64,000 nt of DNA from assembly GCA_002691465.1 (NCBI GenBank), contig NZHP01000028.1, forward strand, positions 5,263 through 69,262, in the 5' to 3' direction. Made by a program: the position numbers and the translations under genes. Source of the stretch: Gammaproteobacteria bacterium. GTDB taxonomy: Bacteria > Pseudomonadota > Gammaproteobacteria > Steroidobacterales > UBA11654. A model generated the notes under the pieces. That model had not been told where the DNA came from. It was given only the letters and a program-made list of their open reading frames with translations, and did not search any database. Positions 11,034-21,088 of the stretch are shown here, one piece after another; the first letter of the stretch is position 1; every line of letters begins with the position of its first letter.

Positions 11034-11489
11034 ATGATGCAGTATTGGCTTATGAAATCAGAACCTGAAACCTACAGCATAGACGACCTGAAGGAATTTA
11101 AAACAGATCACTGGGATGGGATACGAAATTACCAGGTAAGAAACTTCTTCAGAGATCAGATGATAGTTGGAGACAAAGCATTTTTTTATCATTCAAATTG
11201 CAAGGAGCCAGGAATAGTGGGATTGATGGAGATCGCAAGCAAAGCATACCCCGACCACACGGCTTTTGATTCTAAAGAGAAATACTTTGATGCAAAAAGT
11301 GATCCAGAGAATCCAAGATGGCTAATGCTCGATGTAAGGTACATTCGTCACACCAAGAGAAATATTACACTTTCTGAATTGAGAGAACATGAGTCTATAA
11401 AAGACATGAGACTTTTACAAAAAGGTAACCGCTTATCCGTAATACCCATGACAAAAAATGAATGGGATTATATTTTAGGGCTGGAATGA
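11034..11489 (+). CDS. EVE domain protein
   Basis: YWLMKSEP, WDGIRNYQVRN, FFYHSNC and RLSVIP motifs. Confidence 0.92.
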   Translation: MMQYWLMKSEPETYSIDDLKEFKTDHWDGIRNYQVRNFFRDQMIVGDKAFFYHSNCKEPGIVGLMEIASKAYPDHTAFDSKEKYFDAKSDPENPRWLMLDVRYIRHTKRNITLSELREHESIKDMRLLQKGNRLSVIPMTKNEWDYILGLE

Positions 11490-11890
11490 AACGATTTACA
11501 AACATCATTTCACTCGCATTTTTATTGTTGATGTCATCTGTTTATGCAGGAGACTCCAGGGTATTTTTTATAAAACCTTCAAATGGCGATGTGGTCGATA
11601 GGACTTTTGAAGTTGTTTTTGGCATCAGTGGAATGACATTGGCACCCGCAGGTACCTATGATAGTGGCACAGGTCACCACCATTTAATTATCGATGCACC
11701 GCTTCCTGACCTTTCGATGCCTGTTCCAGCAAATAAACAGTATCTTCACTTTGGTAAGGGACAAGACAAAACCATGATCACCTTAGAGCCTGGCAATCAT
11801 AAACTTCAAATGATACTTGGCGATGGAAATCACATCCCCCATAGTCCACCGATTTACTCTGAAATCATTGAGATTGAAGTCAAACCTTAA
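11486..11890 (+). CDS. DUF4399-like periplasmic protein
   Basis: ATG 11486 gives a signal peptide. Motifs GTGHHHLIID, HFGKGQ and LEPG.HKL..ILGDGNH. Confidence 0.8.
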   Translation: MKRFTNIISLAFLLLMSSVYAGDSRVFFIKPSNGDVVDRTFEVVFGISGMTLAPAGTYDSGTGHHHLIIDAPLPDLSMPVPANKQYLHFGKGQDKTMITLEPGNHKLQMILGDGNHIPHSPPIYSEIIEIEVKP

Positions 11891-12701
11891 TCTTCTCAGC
11901 TTTTTTCATGAATGCTGAAATAAGCCTAACAGTTTCTTTTGTTTGCAGCTCAGTGGATGCTATGCCCGACTCAGCAAGAGGTTCAATCTGAACTCCTTCC
12001 AGTTCTCTTTTTATGATATCCAATTTATTGTAAAAGAAGTCGTCAATGGCTGACATTACCATCAGTGGCGCTCTTATTGTTTTTATCAATGATTTAAAGT
12101 CTTGATCCCATACAGCTGCAAAGGCTTGTTCTCTTCCTTTAATTGATCTTATAGCACCCAAAAACTCAGTGTTCACCAGATCGGAATCATAAGATGGAAA
12201 GAGCGATTTCATTAATTCAAAGCTCTCCAAAAGATATTTTCCTTCAATATCTCTTTCCACAACAGATGATGTCATTTTCTTAAACGAATCTCTCTCATCC
12301 TCATCCAGATAAGCGACACCATTAAGAATTAGAGATATTGTCCGATCTTTCCATGCATTTGCAATTTCAGCAGCAATGTGTGTCCCCGTGTGATGAGCAT
12401 AAATATGAAAGTTTTCGATTCCAAGGGTATCGATTGATTCACACATCCAGTCGCGATAATCTTTCATATCAGGATTTCCATTCGGATCAAAAGAAGATCC
12501 AAATCCAGGCGTATCGATTGCATACAATGGCCTATCATGGAACATCTCTCTAATGATTGGTTCATACATGATTGAGCTGGATGGAGTTCTATGAAGGAGT
12601 ATGAGAGGGATTCCATCTTCACAATCATTCGTTCTATAGTGTATTTGACCAATAGGAAGCGATAGATAGGCTTTCTTGATTAAATTATTTTTCGCATTCA
12701 T
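11880..12701 (-). CDS. Alpha/beta hydrolase fold protein with atypical nucleophile elbow
   Basis: PLILLH, AIDTPGFGSS; elbow reads AHHTG instead of GxSxG. Confidence 0.75.
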   Translation of the reverse strand: MNAKNNLIKKAYLSLPIGQIHYRTNDCEDGIPLILLHRTPSSSIMYEPIIREMFHDRPLYAIDTPGFGSSFDPNGNPDMKDYRDWMCESIDTLGIENFHIYAHHTGTHIAAEIANAWKDRTISLILNGVAYLDEDERDSFKKMTSSVVERDIEGKYLLESFELMKSLFPSYDSDLVNTEFLGAIRSIKGREQAFAAVWDQDFKSLIKTIRAPLMVMSAIDDFFYNKLDIIKRELEGVQIEPLAESGIASTELQTKETVRLISAFMKKAEKIKV

Positions 12702-12751
12702 CTTTATTCTTAGACTAATCTAATTGTTTATAAATTGATATAATCCTCAGC

Positions 12752-13315
12752 ATGAAAAGAATAATTGTTGGAATATCTGGTGCAAGCGGAGTCATTTATG
12801 GCATTCGACTTCTTGAGATGCTAAAGGACATCGATGATGTGGAGTCTCATTTGGTGATGACCAATGGAGCTAAACTCAATATCACGCTAGAAAGCGATTT
12901 TGAGCCAAAAAGTGTTGAAGAACTTGCTGATGTGGTTCACAGCGATAAGAATTTAGGTGCCAGTATTGCCAGTGGATCTTACGAAACCGAAGGCATGATC
13001 ATTGCTCCATGTTCAATGAAAACACTTTCGGGTGTTGCCAATTCATATGCTGCAAATTTAATTGTTAGAGCTGCAGACGTGGTTTTGAAGGAAGGCAGAA
13101 GCTTGATTATTATTCCTAGAGAAACACCACTTCATTTAGGACACATTGACCTTCTGCGGAAAGTTTCATTAATGGGAGCCCATGTAGTACCGCCAAACCC
13201 AGCTTTTTATAATCATCCGGAATCAGTCGATGACATCGTCAATCACACTGTTGGCAGGGTGTTAGACTTAATTGGGGTAGACAATGAAGTGGTCAGTCGA
13301 TGGAAAGGTGTTTAA
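12752..13315 (+). CDS. ubiX: Flavin prenyltransferase UbiX
   Basis: GISGASG, ASIASGS, APCSMKTLS, RAADVVLKE, PRETPL and PAFY motifs. Confidence 0.95.
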   Translation: MKRIIVGISGASGVIYGIRLLEMLKDIDDVESHLVMTNGAKLNITLESDFEPKSVEELADVVHSDKNLGASIASGSYETEGMIIAPCSMKTLSGVANSYAANLIVRAADVVLKEGRSLIIIPRETPLHLGHIDLLRKVSLMGAHVVPPNPAFYNHPESVDDIVNHTVGRVLDLIGVDNEVVSRWKGV

Positions 13316-13321
13316 TAAAGG

Positions 13322-13834
13322 ATGATCGATTCGTCTGTCGAAGGAATTCAAGAAAATGCAATTAAGATGCTCGAAGAGCATCACACGGTCACTATCTCAA
13401 CAAGAGATGAAAAATCGGTTTGGTCTGCGACAGTTTTTTACGTCTCAGATTCATTTTTAAACCTATTTTTTCTATCTGCTGATAAAAGCAAGCACATTCA
13501 GCATATCAATATGATTCCCGAAGTTTCAGCAACAATATACAAAGATCAAAAAGATTGGGAAAAGATTAAGGGAATTCAAATGTCAGGAATAGTTGAAGAG
13601 CTTAAAGGTCAAGATCGAGAAAATGCAATCAACCAATATCTTGCAAAATATGAATATCTATATCGAGTGATAAATAAACCATTGAATCAAGACGAGGAGA
13701 AAATTGGATCACAATTTTCATCCATCCCTTTTTTTAAACTTCAGCCGACGTTTATAAGAATCATAGATAACCAAGTTGCATTTGGCCATAGAGAGCAAAT
13801 TGAAAAAAGAGAGGGAAGGTGGGAGCTATTTTAA
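13322..13834 (+). CDS. Pyridoxamine 5'-phosphate oxidase-like (split-barrel flavin-binding) protein
   Basis: WSATVFY, S.KSKH..I, IKGIQMSG and IIDN..FGHRE pattern. Confidence 0.7.
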   Translation: MIDSSVEGIQENAIKMLEEHHTVTISTRDEKSVWSATVFYVSDSFLNLFFLSADKSKHIQHINMIPEVSATIYKDQKDWEKIKGIQMSGIVEELKGQDRENAINQYLAKYEYLYRVINKPLNQDEEKIGSQFSSIPFFKLQPTFIRIIDNQVAFGHREQIEKREGRWELF

Positions 13835-14619
13835 AGGTCATCTGTGGAGTAGCTTGGGAGTTGCCCGAGGTGAGCACCGCTGTCAACAATCAAAATTTCC
13901 CCAGTAATCAAAGGCGCCCCCTCCAAGAACCAAACTAAGACCTCTGCCACATCTTCAGCAGTTGCCACCTTTTTGAGTGGAAGATTGGTTTCCGCCTGCT
14001 CTATGAGAGATTCATAAGCTTCATCGCTCATCCCGCCTTTTAACCATCGGGTTTTTATGGGACCAGGCGCCACGGCATTGATTCGAATTTCAGGCCCTAA
14101 GACATGAGCCAAAGATTTAGTCATTGCATTGAGCGCAGCTTTTGAAGTGACGTAAGCTATCGAGGAACCAACTGAATTTATTCCGGCTAATGAGGAGTCA
14201 TTTACAATTGCACCGGAACCCGCTTCTTTCATATGAGGAACCACTGCTTTGATCATTTGATAAGCGCCAACAACATTCACAGCGTAAATCGATTGGAAAT
14301 CGTCGATGGTCAAACCATCCAAGTTTTCAAAAGGATTGAATTTAGTCTGGCCAGCATTATTGACAAGATAGTCTATTCGACCCCATTTTTTAATGGCTTC
14401 AGCCACCATCGCTTTGCATTCATCATCTTTTGACACATCTGCTTGTATTACAATTGTCTCAGCGCCCAGTTCTTCTGCATGCTTTGCAGTCTCCAAAGCC
14501 TCATCCTTTGATCGCGTATAATTGATGACAACATTGCATCCTTTCTCTGCCAGAAGAATCGCTGTTGCAGCACCAACACCTGTTGCGGAACCAGTAATAA
14601 TTGCTACTTTTTTAGCCAT
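13831..14619 (-). CDS. Classical short-chain dehydrogenase/reductase
   Basis: TGSATGVG, LVNNAG, YVTSK (YxxxK) and RINAVAPG motifs. Confidence 0.9.
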   Translation of the reverse strand: MAKKVAIITGSATGVGAATAILLAEKGCNVVINYTRSKDEALETAKHAEELGAETIVIQADVSKDDECKAMVAEAIKKWGRIDYLVNNAGQTKFNPFENLDGLTIDDFQSIYAVNVVGAYQMIKAVVPHMKEAGSGAIVNDSSLAGINSVGSSIAYVTSKAALNAMTKSLAHVLGPEIRINAVAPGPIKTRWLKGGMSDEAYESLIEQAETNLPLKKVATAEDVAEVLVWFLEGAPLITGEILIVDSGAHLGQLPSYSTDDL

Positions 14620-14739
14620 GACATCTCACTCAATATTGATTTTCTATTGTATCGGTTAAACTTTGCAAAATCTTTGATTTAATTTGCATACCTGAAAAGG
14701 CACAATAATCTAATGGATTATGATTAAAGGAGATAAAGA

Positions 14740-16236
14740 GTGCAATTTAATGATATGAGAGGATACATTGATGTCCTCAGAAAAGAGAACCTGCTTCATG
14801 ACTTAGACATTCAACTGAATGTAGCTAGAGAAACATCAGAGCTTCAAGCTTTGATGAGGCATTTGCATAATGATAACGGTCCCGCACTCATGTTAAATAA
14901 TCTTGAAGGTTATAACATGCCAGAAGTACCTCTTTTATTTAATCCCTATGGAACCCGAGAAAGAACAGCAATGATCTTAGGAGAGCGTGATCCACTCAAG
15001 GCAAAAGCAAAGCACGCAAATGTTTTGGCTGATCAATCCAGCTGGATTGAGCCCAATGTTATGAGCAAGGAAGATTCGCCTTGCAAACAGAATATAATCT
15101 CAGAAAAAAATATTGACCTTGCAAAGCAGCTTCCGCACGCATGGTTTGGTAAAGAGGGGCCATCCTATATAACGAATGCCATTGTAATCACCAAGGATCC
15201 AGAAACAGGCATTGCAAATACCGGTTGTTATCGATTGACACAATTATGGAATGCATCTCACCCTCACGGGGAGATCTATTCAGAAGAAGAGCAGAGGAGA
15301 TGTCTATCCATCTTTGCGTTTTGGAATCCTCCTGGGAATCACATTGGTCTCCACTGGGCGAAAGCGCAAGAGATGGGCAAGCCATTGGAAATTGCGATTG
15401 CCTGCGTTGTAGACCCTGTGATCCAACTGGCTGGTGCGACAAGTCTTCCCTTCGGATTGGACGAGATGAATTTTGCAGGCGGACTAAAGGGAGAAGCAAT
15501 TGATGTGGTTCCTTGCGAAACAATTGATATCGATGTTCCTGCAAGATCAGAATTGATTATAGAAGGTCAGTTTTTACCGAATCGGGATATTACCATAGGC
15601 CCTCATTCTAACCCCATTGGTTATTACGATGATGAGCAATTATTTCCTCTGATGGAGGTTCAATGCATCACCCATAGAGATGAACCTATATGGTATTCAA
15701 CAATGGAAATGATGCCCCCATTTGATCATAACTATATGGCTGTTTTGCCGATAGAGGGAGAATTACTCAGTGATCTTCAAAAAAAGATTCCAGAGGTCAA
15801 TGATGTAGTGGTAACTCCAAACTTGAGTTACTTTATTCAACTCTCAGTTGATGGAGCTCAGAAGCCACATCCAGAGTTTGGTAAATATGTTTTGCACGCA
15901 GTTTGGGGTGCAAGCGGAAGATGGGGAAGAACTGCAAAAATAGTAGTAGTAGTTGGACCGGATGTAAACCCTTATGATCTTAATGAGGTTGAATGGGCAA
16001 TATTAACTCGTGTGCAGCCACATTCAGACACCATCATTAATAAATCAGGACAAGCATTCCTAATGGATCCTTCGGCACCCAAAGATTCGAGTCATGGAAT
16101 TGCACTTCAGTCTGAACAGATGGGAATTGATGCAACAATAAAGGTTTACGAGCGTTTTCATTCATATCCTGAATACAGCAATGCTGACTCTGAATCTGTA
16201 TCCGCTATTGCAGAAAAACTAAAAGGATCATTCTAG
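14740..16236 (+). CDS. UbiD-family (prFMN-dependent) decarboxylase-like protein, atypical active site
   Basis: ITKDPETG..NTGCYR, HIG, VPARSELIIEG, VVVGPDVNPYDLNEVEWA, DPS and MGIDAT motifs. GTG start with AAGGAG RBS at 14727-14732. Confidence 0.88.
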   Translation: MQFNDMRGYIDVLRKENLLHDLDIQLNVARETSELQALMRHLHNDNGPALMLNNLEGYNMPEVPLLFNPYGTRERTAMILGERDPLKAKAKHANVLADQSSWIEPNVMSKEDSPCKQNIISEKNIDLAKQLPHAWFGKEGPSYITNAIVITKDPETGIANTGCYRLTQLWNASHPHGEIYSEEEQRRCLSIFAFWNPPGNHIGLHWAKAQEMGKPLEIAIACVVDPVIQLAGATSLPFGLDEMNFAGGLKGEAIDVVPCETIDIDVPARSELIIEGQFLPNRDITIGPHSNPIGYYDDEQLFPLMEVQCITHRDEPIWYSTMEMMPPFDHNYMAVLPIEGELLSDLQKKIPEVNDVVVTPNLSYFIQLSVDGAQKPHPEFGKYVLHAVWGASGRWGRTAKIVVVVGPDVNPYDLNEVEWAILTRVQPHSDTIINKSGQAFLMDPSAPKDSSHGIALQSEQMGIDATIKVYERFHSYPEYSNADSESVSAIAEKLKGSF

Positions 16237-16259
16237 TTAGCTGATCTAAAAAGGTGACG

Positions 16260-17873
16260 GTGAGCAAGAAAACAAAGCAATTCAGAGATTTGTTGCTTAG
16301 CAATAACCTCGAATTCTTGCTCGAGGCACACAATGGAATCAGTGCCAAGATTGCTCAAGAGGCTGGCTTCAAGGGCCTTTGGGCAAGTGGATTGGCAATT
16401 TCTGCTCAATACGGAGTTAGAGATAGCAATGAGGCAAGCTGGACCCAAGTCCTCGAAAACATAGAGTTCATGTCTGATGCCAGCGATATACCGATCATGC
16501 TCGATGGCGATACTGGGTACGGTAATTTCAATAACGTGAGACGCTTGGTTAAAAAACTCGAACAGAGGAATATTGCGGCAGTTTGCATCGAAGACAAGCT
16601 TTATCCTAAAACGAATAGTTTCATTGATGGAAATAAGCAAGAGCTTGCAGGTATTGACGAATTTTGCAGTCGCATCAAGGCTGGAAAAGATGCACAGGCA
16701 GATGATGACTTCTCAATTGTCACCAGGATTGAGGCATTCATAGCTGGATGGGGTTTAGGCGAGGCTTTAAAAAGAGCTGAAGCCTATCACGAGGCAGGTT
16801 CTGATGGAATTTTAATCCACAGCGCAAGGTCTGACCCAAGTGAGATTTTGGCCTTTAAGAAAGAGTGGAGCGAGACCTCGCCGGTGATTGTGGTGCCAAC
16901 AAAATATTACTCAACACCGACTGAGGTATTTGAAGATGCAGGCTTTTCCATTGTCATCTGGGCAAATCATATGATCAGGTCATCCATTAGAGCCATGCAA
17001 GAATCTGCTAGAGAAATACATGATTCATCTTCAATTTTGACAATTGAAAATGAAATCGCTTCAGTGAAGGAAATTTTTAGGTTGCAAGGCGTCTCTGAGC
17101 TTATAGAAGCAGAGGAAAACTATTTACCAAGAAAGGAGAGCACAACAGAGGCAATTATTCTTGCTGCTTCGCGAGGTGAGGCAATGGGAAGTTTAACCAA
17201 TCATCAGCCCAAAGCTATGATATCACTTAAAAATAAAAGCATCTTAGAGCACATTACTGACACCTATCGAAGTCACGATGTTGAAAGAATTCATGTGGTT
17301 CGAGGATATAAAAAAGAAGCAATTAATTTTCCAGAACTGAGTTATTTCGATAATGACGATTATGAAAACACTTCCGAGTTATCCTCGTTTCAAAAAGCCA
17401 TTGATAATGTGGACAGCGATATTTATTGCTCATTCGGAGATGTATTATTCAAGCCTTACCTATTGCAGTTATTGGATGAATCGAAAGATGATCTGGCAAT
17501 CACAGTAGATACCCAATGGCAAGATTCTGTAAATAAAGACAGAGCCGCAGACTACGTTACTTGTTCTGAGCCGCACTCAAGAGAAAATTATGGCGACTCA
17601 ATCTTTTTAAAGTCAATAGGAGAAACACTGGATGCCGATTCCATTCATGGCGAATGGATGGGAATTGCAAAGATTTCTTCAAAAATTTTACCCATGATAA
17701 AAAAAGAGGTTGATGCTTTATCGAAGCATGAAGATTTTCATTCAATGAAGATGCATCATTTTTTTGAACACCTTTGCAGACTTAAGCAACCGATAAGAAT
17801 TATTTATAGCACAGGAAATTGGCTAGATATCGACTCGCTCGAGGATCTGATAAGAGCAAATAATTTCATATGA
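16260..17873 (+). CDS. pepM: Phosphoenolpyruvate mutase fused to a C-terminal nucleotidyltransferase domain
   Basis: PepM signature [10 protein letters not shown] (EDK-X5-NS), EAHNGISA and DGDTGYGN. C-terminal AIILAASRG...PKAM NTP-transferase motif. GTG 16260 follows an AAGGT RBS (alternative start 16254). Confidence 0.95.
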   Translation: MSKKTKQFRDLLLSNNLEFLLEAHNGISAKIAQEAGFKGLWASGLAISAQYGVRDSNEASWTQVLENIEFMSDASDIPIMLDGDTGYGNFNNVRRLVKKLEQRNIAAVCIEDKLYPKTNSFIDGNKQELAGIDEFCSRIKAGKDAQADDDFSIVTRIEAFIAGWGLGEALKRAEAYHEAGSDGILIHSARSDPSEILAFKKEWSETSPVIVVPTKYYSTPTEVFEDAGFSIVIWANHMIRSSIRAMQESAREIHDSSSILTIENEIASVKEIFRLQGVSELIEAEENYLPRKESTTEAIILAASRGEAMGSLTNHQPKAMISLKNKSILEHITDTYRSHDVERIHVVRGYKKEAINFPELSYFDNDDYENTSELSSFQKAIDNVDSDIYCSFGDVLFKPYLLQLLDESKDDLAITVDTQWQDSVNKDRAADYVTCSEPHSRENYGDSIFLKSIGETLDADSIHGEWMGIAKISSKILPMIKKEVDALSKHEDFHSMKMHHFFEHLCRLKQPIRIIYSTGNWLDIDSLEDLIRANNFI

Positions 17874-19015
17874 TTTCAGCTGAAAGATTTTTAGATGAAG
17901 CTTTTAAATTGGGTTTTAGTACCTATACCGGAGTGCCTTGCTCGTTCTTAAAACCTCTGATCAATGCATCAATAGAGTCAGACAAATTATCATACATTCC
18001 GGCCGTCAATGAGGGCGATGCAGTTGGCATTGCTGCTGGAGTATATCTTGGCGGCGGCTTGCCCGTTGTAATGTTTCAGAATTCTGGATTAGGCAATGCT
18101 GTGAATCCATTTACTTCACTGATTCAAACTTTCGAAATTCCCATTTTAATGATTGCCACCCTGAGAGGTGATCCAAACAGTCATCCCGACGAACCACAAC
18201 ATCGACTCATGGGTAAAATCACAACTCAATTGCTCGATCTAATGGAAGTAAGTTGGTCTTGGTTTCCAGAAGATGAGGACGATATGAAAAAGACAATGGA
18301 GTTTATCAAAGACAGAATAATTGACTCTAAAAAACCACATGTTCTTGTGATGAAGAAAGGCTCAGTAGAGCCTTATGAGCTCAATGAGCAGCTTGAAAGT
18401 ACAATTGTGAACGGTCTAATCACCAATGATTATGAGAATGATGAATCAGAAATGGTGACAAGAATAGAGTTCATGGAAAAGATCATTGAAAAAACAAATC
18501 AGAATCACGATTTAATCATTGCCACAACGGGATATTCTGGAAGGGAACTATACGCAGCCTCAGATCGTAAAAATCATTTCTACATGGTCGGTTCAATGGG
18601 ATGCGCGATAGATATAGGATTGGGATTATCAATCCAAAGGCCTGACAAGAGAGTTATTGTCATAGATGGCGATGGCGCTATCCTTATGAGATTGGGAGCG
18701 ATGTCCACGGTGGGCTTCATGGCGCCCAAAAATCTCAATCACATTGTTCTTGATAATGGAGCATATGAATCAACCGGCTCTCAAAAAACAGTTTCTTCTC
18801 TAATTGATTTTAAAATGATTGCTCACTCGAATCGTTATAGAAACTCCATCAAGATGAATTCCTTGAAAGACTTTGATTCGTTGTTAGACTCAAATATGAA
18901 AGGACCAAACTTTATTCATTTTCCAATAAAGAAAGGGGTATCAAGTAAACTTCCTCGCCCTTCGATTACACCAAAAGAGGTTGCAATAAGATTCAGGGAA
19001 AATATCGAAAACTAA
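17870..19015 (+). CDS. aepY: Phosphonopyruvate decarboxylase
   Basis: [38 protein letters not shown] and ThDP motif DGDGA..N. Follows pepM with an ATGA overlap. Confidence 0.95.
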   Translation: MISAERFLDEAFKLGFSTYTGVPCSFLKPLINASIESDKLSYIPAVNEGDAVGIAAGVYLGGGLPVVMFQNSGLGNAVNPFTSLIQTFEIPILMIATLRGDPNSHPDEPQHRLMGKITTQLLDLMEVSWSWFPEDEDDMKKTMEFIKDRIIDSKKPHVLVMKKGSVEPYELNEQLESTIVNGLITNDYENDESEMVTRIEFMEKIIEKTNQNHDLIIATTGYSGRELYAASDRKNHFYMVGSMGCAIDIGLGLSIQRPDKRVIVIDGDGAILMRLGAMSTVGFMAPKNLNHIVLDNGAYESTGSQKTVSSLIDFKMIAHSNRYRNSIKMNSLKDFDSLLDSNMKGPNFIHFPIKKGVSSKLPRPSITPKEVAIRFRENIEN

Positions 19016-19016
19016 A

Positions 19017-20114
19017 ATGAGTAATATAAAGCAAAATACCTTATTGAATCCCGGCCCAGTCAATATGTCGGATCGAGTGAAAAATCGAATGATCAGAGAA
19101 GATTTTTGTCACCGTGAAAAAGAATTCTCAGCTTTAGTAAAAGACGTCAATTCCCAGATTGTTAAAATTTATGATGGCATGAAAAATTATGAATCTGTAA
19201 TCATCAGCAGCTCTGGAACAGGAGCCGTTGAGGGCATGTTGACTTCTTTTATTCACGACGAGAAGTCATTAATAATCAGCAACGGTGTTTATGGCGAAAG
19301 AATGGAAAGGATTTTAAGGGTTCAAAATAAGAAATTAGAAATGATTCAATTTGATTGGCTTGATCCGATTAATATTAAATCAATCAAAAACTGTCTTGAC
19401 TCCGATCAGAGCATAAAGAATCTAATTTTAGTCCATCATGAAACGACCACTGGAAGGTTGAATGAGTTGAAAGAAGTAGGGCAACTTTGCAAAGACTATG
19501 ATCTCGGTTTATATCTAGATGGAGTCAGTAGTTTTGGCGCAGAAGAAATAGCTGCAAATGAAATCAATTTGAAAGCCGTTTCTGCATCTGCGAATAAATG
19601 CCTTCACGGTGCGCCTGGTTTAGCATTTGTGGTGGCGCACAAGGATCAATGGGAGAGAGCGCCTGAAAAAACATCTGGCGTATACTTTGATTTACACCAG
19701 TACTATGCCATGCAAAAAACAGATGGTTTCTCGCCATTTACTCAAGCCACACATTTGGTTTCAGCTTTTAATGAGGCAATGCTTGAATTCAACGAGATGG
19801 GTGGATGGAAAGCGAGGAATAATTTATTTCGGAGTAGGGCAGAAGAAATCAATGCTTGCTTGGATCGACTTGGCATTGAAACACTGATACCAAAGGAAGA
19901 TTACTCATCTGTTCTGAGGTCTTACCAACTTCCTGAAGGCATTTCTTATGAGGATTTACATGCATTCATGAAAAAGAATGGTTTTGTAATTTATCAAGGG
20001 CAAGGAAGTTTCAAAAAGAACATATTTAGAATATCAACCATGGGTCATATCAAAGAATCAGACATAACTTTGTTGTGCAGTTTATTTGAAGAATTCTTCA
20101 AAAATCATGATTAA
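19017..20114 (+). CDS. aepZ: 2-aminoethylphosphonate aminotransferase (PLP class V), biosynthetic context
   Basis: LLNPGP, NGVYGER, VHHETTTG, DGVSSFG, SANKC and IYQGQG motifs; third gene after pepM-ppd. Confidence 0.9.
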   Translation: MSNIKQNTLLNPGPVNMSDRVKNRMIREDFCHREKEFSALVKDVNSQIVKIYDGMKNYESVIISSSGTGAVEGMLTSFIHDEKSLIISNGVYGERMERILRVQNKKLEMIQFDWLDPINIKSIKNCLDSDQSIKNLILVHHETTTGRLNELKEVGQLCKDYDLGLYLDGVSSFGAEEIAANEINLKAVSASANKCLHGAPGLAFVVAHKDQWERAPEKTSGVYFDLHQYYAMQKTDGFSPFTQATHLVSAFNEAMLEFNEMGGWKARNNLFRSRAEEINACLDRLGIETLIPKEDYSSVLRSYQLPEGISYEDLHAFMKKNGFVIYQGQGSFKKNIFRISTMGHIKESDITLLCSLFEEFFKNHD

Positions 20115-20856
20115 GCAGGCTGTCATATTGGCAGCAGGCATGGGAAGCCGATTAAGCAATCACAATGATCAAAAGCCAAAAGGATTTCTTCAACTTGGAA
20201 AAAAATCAATCATTGAAGAGTCAATCGATAAGCTCATCAAGAACGGAATCGAAAAAATATGGATTGTTACAGGTTATCAATCAGGACAATTTGAAGAATT
20301 AATCAAAAAATATAAATCAACGATTAGTCTTGTAAAAAATAAAGATTATACTCAATCGGGAACACTGCATTCGCTGTCGATGATTTCTGAAAAGGTTTCA
20401 CCTCCATTCCTGTTGCTTGAGTCAGACATCATTTTTGAATTCAGGGCGATTGAAATGATCATCGGTGATCTAAGAGATAATTGCATCTTGCTGAGTGGGT
20501 TCAGTGATTGTGGAGACGAAGTATTTGTCGAAACGTCAGCCTCCAAATTGGTTTCGATGTCAAAAAACATCAACGAGCTGAGCAGCACTCCAACTGGCGA
20601 GTTGGTTGGAATAACCAAAATAGGAAGCGAGTTATTTACAAAAATGATGCAATTTTATAAAAGGAATCCAATAAAAAAAATGGCTGATTATGAGACAGAT
20701 GCCTTGGTCGGTGTTGCCAAAGATATTCCGATACCCTGTTTGTTAATAGAAGATTTAATATGGTCAGAGATAGATGATGAGACTCATCTAAAACGCGCAA
20801 AGAAAGAAATTTATCCCATGGTTCTTAAAACTGATTTAGAATATCTCACTAAATAA
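20107..20856 (+). CDS. LicC/PntC-like cytidylyltransferase (probable phosphonate activation)
   Basis: AVILAAGMGSRL, KPK, LLESD and WSEIDD..HL motifs. ATG 20107 overlaps the end of aepZ. Confidence 0.82.
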   Translation: MIKQAVILAAGMGSRLSNHNDQKPKGFLQLGKKSIIEESIDKLIKNGIEKIWIVTGYQSGQFEELIKKYKSTISLVKNKDYTQSGTLHSLSMISEKVSPPFLLLESDIIFEFRAIEMIIGDLRDNCILLSGFSDCGDEVFVETSASKLVSMSKNINELSSTPTGELVGITKIGSELFTKMMQFYKRNPIKKMADYETDALVGVAKDIPIPCLLIEDLIWSEIDDETHLKRAKKEIYPMVLKTDLEYLTK

Positions 20857-20880
20857 ATTGTCTAATAAAGGCATGTATCG

Positions 20881-21075
20881 GTGAAAAAAAGAGCAATAGT
20901 TTTCTCAATCATATTTATTTGCTATGCAAATGCAGCTCATGCATATCTAGATCCAAGTACAGGCGGCATGTTGATCTCAGCCATAGTCGGAATGTTTGCA
21001 ACACTCGGTCTTGTGATTAAATCATATTGGTACAAATTAAAGTCACTCTTCATAAAGAAAGAAAAAAAGAATTGA
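20881..21075 (+). CDS. Small secreted/membrane peptide with YLDP motif
   Basis: Signal peptide ending AHA, then YLDPSTGG, a hydrophobic helix and a Lys-rich tail. Fills an otherwise empty gap in the operon. Confidence 0.75.
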   Translation: MKKRAIVFSIIFICYANAAHAYLDPSTGGMLISAIVGMFATLGLVIKSYWYKLKSLFIKKEKKN

Positions 21076-21088
21076 TCGATCCTCATAT

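Noticed and set aside
12752..16236. Ubiquinone-pathway ubiD/ubiX assignment
   Set aside because: The UbiD is highly divergent with an altered active site and has no ubi-gene context, so the ubiD symbol was withheld.
19017..20114. Phosphonate catabolism (phnW-phnX)
   Set aside because: No phosphonatase, C-P lyase or phosphonate transporter nearby. The gene follows pepM-ppd, so the biosynthetic direction is more likely.
16254..20856. Methylphosphonate or phosphonate antibiotic cluster
   Set aside because: No MpnS/HepD-like dioxygenase, phosphonoacetaldehyde reductase, NRPS or ATP-grasp genes; downstream genes are envelope-type.
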